Shown here one piece after another: positions 47,711-56,257 of a stretch of DNA of 64,000 bases. This stretch comes from an uncultured bacterium (lineage in GTDB: Bacteria > Actinomycetota > Actinomycetes > S36-B12). Made by a program: the position numbers and the translations under genes. The stretch is from NCBI GenBank assembly GCA_963700255.1, contig CAVOWW010000023.1:42963-106962 (forward strand), written 5' to 3'. The notes beneath the pieces were generated by a model that did not search any database, was not told the DNA's origin, and was given only the letters and a program-made list of their open reading frames with translations. How positions within the stretch are numbered: position 1 is the first letter of the stretch; every line of letters starts with the position of its first letter.

Positions 47711-50250
47711 ATGGATACCACCCGCGTCCGACACCCCCAAGGCACGGTCTGGGACGATCAGGCCGTGAGTTCCGACGTCCCCTCGCCGACCGGCGTCGCC
47801 GACCCCACCCCGGACGCCCCTCGGCCGGAGCCCGTCACCTCGGTGTCTGACGCCTTGGCCGCAGCGCCCGAGCCGTTCGACTCCGGGCCGGAGCCCCTCG
47901 CCGCCGTCGTGATCGAGGACCGCGACATCCCTCGGCGCGTGCGCCGACCCCTCGACCTGGCCCGCTTCGTCCTGGCGCTGACGATCAGCGCCGCCACCGT
48001 GCTCGTCGCCTGGTTCGCGACCAGCACGGCGGCCGGCCTCGACGACGACATCTCGTCGGGCGCCTCGTTGCTGCCCGCGTTCGTGGTGCTCGCGCTCAAC
48101 ATCATCGGCGGCATCGGCACCCTGGGCCTGCCGATCGCGGTAGCCGTCAACATGACCCTGCGACGGCGGCTGCGCCAGCTGTTCGACGCGTTCGTCGCGC
48201 TCCTCATCGCCGTCGTCGTGCTCACGCTCGCCTCCATCGCCCTCTCCAACTCGGGCCTGCCTCGCCTGCTCGCAGCGCTCGCCGGATCGACCAGTCCGGA
48301 CAGCGTGGCCACGGCACCGATCCTCGGCGGACTCATCGCCTTCATCACCGTGGCCCGCATCATGAGCCGACGACCGTGGAACGTCCTGACGGTCCTGGTG
48401 ATCGGCTCGCTGGTCGTCGTCACCCTTCTCAGCGGTGGCATCGCCCTCGCCGGCGTGGGCCTGTCGCTGGCCATCGGCTGGGCCGTCGGCGTGATGACCC
48501 GCTACATCGCCGGCACCCCGACCACGCGCCCGAGCGGGCTCGAGGTCGCGGAGGCCCTGGCGCGCGGTGGCTACCCCGTGACGCTGCTGCAGGCCCGGGA
48601 GTCCACCTCGCGGGGACGCCGCTACATGGGCACCACGCGATCGGGCAGCCGGCTGCTCGTCACCGTCCTCGACCGCGACCTCGAGGGCGCTGGCCTCGCG
48701 AACGCGATCTGGACGGGCATGCGCCTGCGCGACGACAGCACCACTGGCGCCTTCAACATGCGGCGGTCCCTCGACCACGCCGCCCTGGTCGCCTACGCCG
48801 CGCAGGCGGCGGGCGTGCCCGAGCCGCGGCTGCTGCTGACCAGCGAGGTCGGCCCGGACTCGGTCCTCCTGGCCTCGGAGCTGATCGAGGGCACCCGCTT
48901 CAGCAACCTGGACGACATCACCGACAACGACCTGCTGCAGGCCTGGCGCGCGATGCGCACGCTGCACGAGAACCAGATGACCCACCGCTCCCTGTCGGCC
49001 GAGCATCTCCTGCGCGCTGAGGACGGCTCCGTGTGGCTCATCGGGGGGAGACCGGCAGCATCGCCGCCGGCGATGTCGCGCAGCGCATCGACACCGCGGA
49101 GCTCCTCACGACACTGGCACTGCTCACCGACGTCGACCGGGCGGTCGACACCGGCCGCACGGTGCTGGGACTCGCGGGCCTCGCCAAGGCGCTGCCTGCC
49201 CTGCAGCGGGTCGCCCTGTCCCCCCAGACCCGCAAGGTGCTCCGCCGGAACAAGGCGCTCCTCGTGAGCCTGCGCGACCGGCTCGCCGAGATCCGCCCGG
49301 GCGCCGAGTCCGAGCAGATCCAGTTCGAGCGCGTGCGCCCCCGCACGCTGATCATGATCATCGTCGGCAGCATCGCCGGCTACGTGCTGCTGTCCCAGCT
49401 CGCGCAGGTCGATCTCGTCGGACTGCTCCGCACCGCCGACTGGCGCTGGATGCTTGTCGCGCTGGTGCTCAGCGTCCTGACGTTCGTGGCGGCGGCCTGG
49501 TCGCTCACCGGCTTCGTGCCGGAGCGCCTTCCGCTGCACCGCACGATCCTGGCCCAGCTGGCCGGCTCCTTCGCGACACTCGTGTCGCCCCCGACGATCG
49601 GCTCGATCGCGATCAACGTCCGGTTCCTGACGAAGGCCGGACTGCATCCCGCCCTTGCGGGTGCCAGCGTCGGGGTCGCCCAGGTCATGGCCTTCGTGTT
49701 CCACATCGGCCTGCTGCTCGTGTTCGGCATCGCGGCCGGAACGCAGGCGGACCACACGTTCGCACCCCCGCAATGGGTCGTCATCGCCGTCATCGCATTG
49801 GTCGTCGTAGCGCTGGCCCTGCTCGCCGTGCCGGCCGTGCGGCACACCATCACCAAGCGGGTGCGGCCGACGATGCAGGAGGTGCTGCCCCGACTCGTCA
49901 CGGTCGTGCAGCGCCCGATGAAGCTGCTCGAGGGCATCGGCGGCATCCTGCTGCTGAACGCGGCCTTCATCGGGGTCCTGTACGCCAGCGTGGCGGCGTT
50001 CGGCGGCGAGCTGAGCGTCGCCGTCATCGCCGTCGTCTACCTGGCCGGCGCCACCCTGGGCCAGGCGGCTCCGACCCCCGGCGGGCTGGGCGCCGTCGAG
50101 GCGGCGCTGGCGGCGGGTCTCACCGCGGGCGGCCTCGACGCGGGCCTCGCCGTGTCGGCGGTGCTGCTCTACCGGCTGGTGACGTTCTGGCTGCCCACCG
50201 TCCCTGGCTACTGGGCGTTCAACTGGCTGACCAAGAAGGGTGCACTATGA
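47711..50250 (+). pseudogene. Large membrane protein with C-terminal flippase-like (LPG-synthase-TM/TIGR00374) domain, split by a frameshift in a G run near 49045
   Basis: ORF 47711-49267 ends its sensible sequence at …AEDGSVWLIGG. ORF 49033-50250, in another frame, continues with ETGSIAAGDVAQRIDTAELL… and carries …APTPGGLGAVEAALAAGL…. The junction lies at tcGGGGGGag. Confidence 0.7.
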
Positions 50251-50259
50251 CCCTCGTGC

Positions 50260-51345
50260 CTAGAAGCAGCCGCCCTCGAGCAGGGCCTGCAGACCGGCAA
50301 GGTCGCCCGCCTGGGGGGTTGCAGGACCGTTCGGGCGCGAGTACGGGTTCATCAGCTGCGTGGAGTCGTCGACGTGCCCCAGTCCCATGACGTGACCGAG
50401 CTCGTGCATCAGCACGCTGCCGATGGACCTGCCCGAGGTGAAGCCCGGGCTGAGCTGCGCATCGACGTCGATGACCACGACCCCTGCGACGTACCGGGCT
50501 CCCGTTCCGGTGTCGGGCCGATAGGCCGCGCCGCCCCGCCCCATCACCGTGCCTGCCAGCCCCGGAACCGTGGCCTCGGTTGCGAAGGCGACGTAGATGC
50601 CCTCGCCCCGGTCGAGGTTGGCGGTGGTCTGTCCGGCCTGCCAGTACACGAAGTCGGTGCCGCCGCCATCGTAGAAGGCCACGGCGGATTCCGTGGCCAT
50701 GCGCGTGAAGGCCTCCGCGATGGTCGCCGCGGCACTCTCGGGGACGCCGGCCGCATTGACGAAGTAGGGGTTGGGCCGGCACGGGTTCCACCGGGTCGGC
50801 CTGCCGGTCGCATCCACCTGCAGCAGGGCGAACGAGGTCGCCTCCCCGGCGGCGGGAGCGTCCGCGTCCCAGACGGGAACGGGAGCTGGCTCGGGAGTCG
50901 GCGCGGGAGCCGGCGCGGGAGCCGGCGCCGGGTCCTCCGGCTGGCTGACGAAGCCGACCCGGCCGATCATGGCGGTGGTCGAGCCGATCTGCTCGACCCG
51001 GATGAGGAACCCACCGCCAACCGTCGGTCGCTTGCGGGTGGGGTCGGCGAACCGGGCTATCGACGCGCCGGCCTAGTCGACGCGGGCGCGGGCGACTCGG
51101 CGCCAGTCCGCGCCCTTGGCCAGGCGCACGAGCACGCGGAGGGTGGTGTGCGGGACTGCGGTGCCGCCCATGGTGAAGACCGCACCGTCGAACTCCTGCG
51201 TCGTGATCTCGATGCGATCGTTGACGGGCCGCGATCCCTCGGTCGCCGCGGCCGGGTCCGCACGCAACACGAATGACACGAGGGCCATCAGGACCACGCC
51301 CAGCAGCGACCCCACGCGCATGGGCCACGTGCCTGCGCTTCTCAT
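50260..51345 (-). pseudogene. Secreted metzincin-type zinc protease interrupted by an in-frame TAG (51073-51075)
   Basis: ORF 51073-51438 supplies the signal/anchor (MRSAGTWPMRVGSLLGVVLMALVSFVL…). ORF 50260-50970 is in the same frame, with no other stop between them, and carries HELGHVMGLGH. Confidence 0.6.
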
Positions 51346-51498
51346 GCCCCACCCCCGGTGCGCCCCGGATCGTGCGCGCCCCCACGCCACCCGGGCGGTT
51401 TCAGTATCGGGGGCCGTCGCGTGGGGGTGAGGGCCCAAAGTCCCGGCGAACGGCTACCAGCGGATACATCCTCCGACCGGGGCCGCAACAATGTGCCC

Positions 51499-51756
51499 AT
51501 GACCGATGCCTCGCCGACCCACCGTCACGTCCGACTCACCTTCCCTCCGGGTCCGGCCACCGAGCCTGTGATCTACGAGATCGTCACGCGCTTCGGCGTG
51601 GTGCCCAACATCCGGCGCGCAGCCATTCATGACCACAGCGGCTGGATGGTGTGCGATCTGGGCGGCGATGATGCTGCCGTGGCCGCGGCGATCGTGTGGA
51701 TGGAGTCGATCGGCGTTGATGTGTCCGCCGCTCAGGGGGACATCGTCGAGGGCTGA
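51499..51756 (+). CDS. NIL-domain (ferredoxin-fold) protein
   Basis: An 85-aa protein, …HVRLTFPPGPATEPVIYEIVTRFGVVPNIRRAAI…GWMVCDLGG…, resembles the MetN C-terminal NIL domain. Confidence 0.65.
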   Translation: MTDASPTHRHVRLTFPPGPATEPVIYEIVTRFGVVPNIRRAAIHDHSGWMVCDLGGDDAAVAAAIVWMESIGVDVSAAQGDIVEG

Positions 51757-51798
51757 TCTCGACGAGCGCGATGGGCGTCGCGGCACCACACTCACCTC

Positions 51799-51993
51799 AT
51801 GAGCGCTGTCACCATCACCCCGACCGACAACGGCCCCTACGAGGTCACCGGCGAGGTGATGATCACCGCACCCGACGGCACGATCCTCCGCGAGACGGCC
51901 AAGTCGTACCTGTGCCGCTGCGGCCACTCGGCGAACAAGCCCTTCTGCGACGGGACCCATCGGCGCCTCGACTGGAGCCAGGACCAGTCCTGA
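51799..51993 (+). CDS. CDGSH iron-sulfur domain protein
   Basis: …YLCRCGHSANKPFCDGTH… is the CDGSH 2Fe-2S signature. The protein is 64 aa. Confidence 0.88.
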   Translation: MSAVTITPTDNGPYEVTGEVMITAPDGTILRETAKSYLCRCGHSANKPFCDGTHRRLDWSQDQS

Positions 51994-52120
51994 CAAGAGG
52001 GGCCCCGCCCTTCGGGCGGGCCCCCGGACACTGCCGGGGGTTGCCGTCGCAGGTGCGCTTCAGGAGCCAGGACACGTCTCGCAGACGTCCGGAGTGGCCA
52101 ACGCCAAGGTTGGGTCCATT

Positions 52121-53092
52121 TCATCCGAGGAGCGAGTGACGGCTGCCTCGTGCGCTCCTTGTTCCGGTACATCTCGTCGTCGGCGTCCTTCAGGGCGGTC
52201 GCGAACGCCTCGTCCGACCGCCACTCCACGATTCCGGCGGACCAGCCGAACGGGTTGGCCAGGTGCATCCGGTCGATCAGCACGTCGGCCTCCGCCCGGT
52301 CGGTCGCCGGAAGGACGAGGACGAACTCGTCCCCACCCGTCCGGGCGAGGAGATCGCTGCGCCGCAGCACGCAGTTCCAGTCGCGCGCGAGATCGATGAG
52401 GAGCCGGTCGCCCGCAGCGTGGCCACGGGTGTCGTTGAACTGCTTGAACCCGTCGAGGTCGACCTGGACGATCGCGGTCGCCTGGTGCTGCCGGGCATCC
52501 ATGGCGTGCGGAGCATCGGCGCCGTCAATGGGTCCCCGTCTGTTGAGGAGCCGGTGAGGGGATCGAGTACCGCCTGCGCCCTCAGCCGCTGGACCAGCGA
52601 GGAGATGACGAGCGTGACGCCATCCACGAGGAAGAAGACCGCGATGACGTACGCGGGACTGTCGAGCCGCCAGTCGACCATGAGCGCGGCGCCGTATGTC
52701 ACCGTGGCCAGGACGAGCAGGCCGCGTACCACGCGCGTGGAGAGGAAGTACCCCGGCGTACATGCCGAGGATGGCGAGGTAGAAGCCGGACACGAGCTGG
52801 CCCTGCCCAGCGACGGACACGGCGGCCGACGCCGCGGCCACCAGCATCCCTGCCGCGACGATCGCCGGCAGCACGGCTGTCGAGCGGCGACCCACGCGGC
52901 GCCGACGGCGAGGGTGAGCACCAGGGACACTCCGGCGAGGATCCACAGCTCCCGGACACGAGTGTCCGGGAACGGGGGTCGGGAGGCGACGGCCGCGATC
53001 TGCAGGGCGGCGATGGCGAAGTAGATGCCGAGGAGCACGAACGGCCGACTGGGAGGGTAGCCCCAGGCAGACACGCGGCGATCGTCAGGCAC
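52121..53092 (-). pseudogene. Membrane-anchored diguanylate cyclase (GGDEF), multiply frameshifted
   Basis: The coding sense alternates between two frames. TM helices are in frame A (53092 to about 52885), frame B (to about 52753) and frame A (to about 52550, ending …DPLTG). The GGDEF domain is in frame B (LLNRRG…RTGGDEFVLVL…EMYRNKE). The start at 53092 and a TGA at 52121-52123 are both in frame A. Confidence 0.7.
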
Positions 53093-53184
53093 CTTTCCAA
53101 TGTAAGGCTTCCGTAACCGCCATCGGGGGTCGAGGCACGTGCGCTGGCCTACCGTGATGGGACCAGCCCACGACAGGAGTTCAC

Positions 53185-53461
53185 ATGCATCGGATCGCGC
53201 ACGTCGACGATCACGCTGACGGCTGCATGCGGCCTGCTCCTCCTCGGTGCCCCTGCTGCGTCAGCCGAGCCCGACACGCGGTTCGGCTCGTGCCGGGAGA
53301 TGCGCGCCGTCGACCCGAACGGCGTCGCCCTCACCAGTCGGGCCGTCGCCCGCGCCGTCAAGCAGGGCTTTCGCACGCCACTGCTCTGCCCCGTCGCCTA
53401 CGACGCGAACAGGCGGCTCGACACCGATCGCGACGGGGTCGCCTGCGAGCGGAGGCGCTAG
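53185..53461 (+). pseudogene. Small secreted Excalibur-domain protein; start codon out of frame
   Basis: An unlisted frame encodes …TITLTAACGLLLLGAPAASAEPDTRFGSC…YDANRRLDTDRDGVACERRR* (Excalibur DxDxDGxxCE). The only start with an SD (AGGAG-5 nt-ATG at 53185) is in the adjacent frame. Confidence 0.55.
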
Positions 53462-54648
53462 TAGCTCGGCTTGTCCGGCTCGATCTGGTGCACCCACGCG
53501 AGGATGCCGCCGCCCACGTGGATGGCATCCGAGAAGCCGGCGCCCTTGACGACCGCGAGCGCCTCTGCCGAACGCCCGCCCACCTTGCAGTGCAGGACGA
53601 TCTGCTTGTCGCTGGGCAGCTGCTCGAGTGCCGACCCGTCCAGGATCTCGCCCTTCGGGATGAGGACCGCCCCGTCGATGCTGACGATCTCGAACTCGTT
53701 CGGCTCGCGCACGTCGATGAGGACGAAGTCGATCTCTCCCGCCTCGCGGGCCTCCAGCATCTCCTTGAGCTGCACCACCGAGATCGTCGAGTCCTTGGCG
53801 GCCTCGGCCGCCTCGTCGGAGATCGTGCCGCAGAACGCCTCGTAGTCGATGAGCTCGGTGACCGTCGGGTTCTCCCCGCACACCGCGCAGTTCGGGTCCT
53901 TGCGGATCTTGACCTGGCGGTAGGTCATCTCCAGCGCGTCGTAGACCATGAGACGCCCGAGCAGCGTCTCGCCGATGCCCGTGATCAGCTTGATGGCCTC
54001 GTTGACCTGGATCGACCCGATCGACGCGCACAGCACTCCGAGCACGCCGCCCTCGGCGCAGGACGGGACCATGCCCGGCGGCGGGGGCTCGGGGTAGAGG
54101 CAGCGGTAGCACGGGCCGTGCTCGGCCCAGAACACGCTGGCCTGGCCGTCGAAGCGGTAGATGGAGCCCCAGACGTAGGGCTTGCCGAGCAGCACGCAGG
54201 CGTCGTTGACCAGGTACCGGGTCGCGAAGTTGTCCGTGCCGTCGACGATGAGGTCGTACTGGGAGAACAGCTCGAACACGTTCGACGAGTCGAGGCGATC
54301 GGTGTGCAGGTTCACCTGCACGTACGGGTTGATCTCCTGGACGAAGTCGCGGGCGCTCTCGGCCTTGGGACGGCCGATGTCGCTCTGCCCGTGGATGATC
54401 TGGCGCTGCAGGTTGCTCTCGTCGACGATGTCGAACTCGACGATCCCGAGCGTCCCGACGCCCGCCGCCGCCAGGTACATCAGCGCCGGGCTGCCCAGCC
54501 CGCCCGCGCCGACGCACAGCACCTTGGCGTTCTTCAGCCGCTTCTGGCCGGCCATGCCGACGTCCGGGATGATCAGGTGACGGCTGTAGCGACGGACCTC
54601 GTCGACGGTCAGGCTCTCGGCCGGCTCGACCAGCGGGGGCAGGCTCAC
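53458..54648 (-). CDS. moeZ: Adenylyltransferase/sulfurtransferase MoeZ (E1-like plus rhodanese)
   Basis: VSLPPLVEPAESLTVDEVRRYSRHLIIPDVGMAGQKRLKNAKVLCVGAGGLGSP… is followed by CxxC pairs and the C-terminal rhodanese motif …LHCKVGGRS…. The N-terminus matches my memory of M. tuberculosis MoeZ. Confidence 0.9.
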   Translation of the reverse strand: MSLPPLVEPAESLTVDEVRRYSRHLIIPDVGMAGQKRLKNAKVLCVGAGGLGSPALMYLAAAGVGTLGIVEFDIVDESNLQRQIIHGQSDIGRPKAESARDFVQEINPYVQVNLHTDRLDSSNVFELFSQYDLIVDGTDNFATRYLVNDACVLLGKPYVWGSIYRFDGQASVFWAEHGPCYRCLYPEPPPPGMVPSCAEGGVLGVLCASIGSIQVNEAIKLITGIGETLLGRLMVYDALEMTYRQVKIRKDPNCAVCGENPTVTELIDYEAFCGTISDEAAEAAKDSTISVVQLKEMLEAREAGEIDFVLIDVREPNEFEIVSIDGAVLIPKGEILDGSALEQLPSDKQIVLHCKVGGRSAEALAVVKGAGFSDAIHVGGGILAWVHQIEPDKPSY

Positions 54649-54764
54649 AGGTGCTCCAGTGCTCGGGGTGCGGACGTCCGACCCTAACCACCCTGCGCCC
54701 GTCGGCATTCCGCTGGTCGCCCTCCTGCGAACGATGTGCAGGTGGGAGGCCGTACCGTGCATCC

Positions 54765-55196
54765 GTGACATGGGATCCGACCTCAGCAGGGGTCCTGACC
54801 CTGCCGTCGGGGCGCCGCATCCGCGGGCGAGGCCTGCGCGACGCGCTTCCGGGGGGCCCACTTCCGCAGTTCGGCGTCTACCTCCTCGGTCGGCAGCCCG
54901 ATCCCGTTCCCTGGGACTCCGCCTGGGTGCGGTGGCCCGACTTCCGCCTCCCGATGGACCGCGAGACCGCGGCGCGACTCCTGAGGCTGGCCTGGGAGCG
55001 CTCCGAGACCGAGCGCGTCGAGGTCGCGTGCCGAGGAGGACGTGGCCGCACGGGAACGGCCCTCGCCTGCCTGGCGATCATCGATGGCCACCCGGCGGGC
55101 GATGCCGTCGACTTCGTGCGCACGCACTACAGCCGGCACGCGGTCGAGACCCCGGGCCAGCAGCTGTTCGTGAGCGAGTTCCAGCCGACCGACTGA
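54765..55196 (+). CDS. Protein-tyrosine/dual-specificity phosphatase-like protein
   Basis: The CX5R P-loop is …VEVACRGGRGRTGTALAC…. The protein is 143 aa from the GTG at 54765. The upstream part of ORF 54651 looks non-coding. Confidence 0.65.
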   Translation: MTWDPTSAGVLTLPSGRRIRGRGLRDALPGGPLPQFGVYLLGRQPDPVPWDSAWVRWPDFRLPMDRETAARLLRLAWERSETERVEVACRGGRGRTGTALACLAIIDGHPAGDAVDFVRTHYSRHAVETPGQQLFVSEFQPTD

Positions 55197-55225
55197 CCGG
55201 ACATCAGGATCCCGCTCCGTGAAGG

Positions 55226-56254
55226 TCAGTGCCCCCGCTCCTTGAAGAGCTGCCGCGAGGCCTTGGCCCGCTGCTTCCACACCGCCCGGGCCTCCTTGGC
55301 GGCCACCGGGTCGTCCCGCCGAAGCTGGAAGTCCAGCTCCCGCCTGAGCTTGCGGTAGTTGGCGAGCCGGTCCGCGTCGAGGGTGCCTGCCTCCTGCGCG
55401 GCCACCACGGCGCACCCGGGCTCGTGATCGTGCGCGCAGTCACGGAACCGGCACTGGGTCCCGAGCTCCTCGATGTCCGGGAACGCCGCGGCCACGCCCC
55501 CGTGGTCCTCCGCCAGCGACAGGCTGCGCAGGCCGGGGGTGTCGATGAGGACACCGCCCGACGGCAGCACCTGCAGCTCGCGGGCGCTGGTCACGTGGCG
55601 CCCACGGCGGTCGCCCTCTCGGACCGAGCCGGTCGCCGCCACGTCCCGGCCGGCGAGCAGGTTGGTCAGCGTGGACTTGCCGGCACCGGACGGTCCCAGG
55701 AGCACGCCCGTGCGGGCCGGCTGGAGCAGCTGCGAGACCTCGGCAGCGCCGTCACCGGTGACGGAGCTGACGCAGATGATGTCGACGCCGACGAGCCGGT
55801 CGCGCAGCTGCTGCACGGCCTCCCCGGTGTCGAGGTCGGACTTGGTGAGCAGCACGACGGGCTCGGCACCGCTGTCCCAGCCCACGGCCACCTCCCGCTC
55901 GACCCGGGCGATGCTCATCCGGTCGGCTGGCACCGCGACCAGGACGAGATCGACGTTCGCGGCGAGCACCTGCGTCAGGCCCGTCGGGTCGCGTCGCGCG
56001 ACCTGCGACCACCGCGGGGCGATGGCGCTCACGGTGCTGGTGTCGTCGAGGCGCACCCGCACCCAGTCGCCGACGGCCACCGGGGTACGCGACCGTGCCC
56101 GGGCGTCACCGTCCGACGTCGCGACCTGGCATGAGTCGAGGTCGACTCGCACCACGCGGCCGGGGACGGTGGCGGGGTCGTCGCCGAGAAGGGCGCTGAC
56201 ACGCTCGTCCCAGCCCAGGGGTGCGAGGACGGGAGCATCATGCGCCTCCGTCAT
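55226..56254 (-). CDS. rsgA: Ribosome small-subunit-dependent GTPase A
   Basis: The motifs present are …VLLTKSDL…, GPSGAGKSTLTNLL and the zinc knuckle CRFRDCAHDHEPGCAV. Confidence 0.92.
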   Translation of the reverse strand: MTEAHDAPVLAPLGWDERVSALLGDDPATVPGRVVRVDLDSCQVATSDGDARARSRTPVAVGDWVRVRLDDTSTVSAIAPRWSQVARRDPTGLTQVLAANVDLVLVAVPADRMSIARVEREVAVGWDSGAEPVVLLTKSDLDTGEAVQQLRDRLVGVDIICVSSVTGDGAAEVSQLLQPARTGVLLGPSGAGKSTLTNLLAGRDVAATGSVREGDRRGRHVTSARELQVLPSGGVLIDTPGLRSLSLAEDHGGVAAAFPDIEELGTQCRFRDCAHDHEPGCAVVAAQEAGTLDADRLANYRKLRRELDFQLRRDDPVAAKEARAVWKQRAKASRQLFKERGH

Positions 56255-56257
56255 CGA

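Noticed and set aside
51073-51075. The in-frame TAG in the metzincin could be programmed recoding (pyrrolysine or read-through).
   Set aside because: There are no pyl genes or a PYLIS-like context here, and Actinobacteria are not known to use Pyl. A nonsense mutation or base-call error is the simpler explanation.
51999-52026. A GC-rich hairpin (GGGGCCCCGCCC-ttcg-GGCGGGCCCCC) after the CDGSH gene could be an annotated terminator.
   Set aside because: The stem needs two bulges and has no U-tract on either strand. It is plausible as a convergent-gene terminator but too weak to list as a feature. It is mentioned only as context for the GGDEF 3' end.
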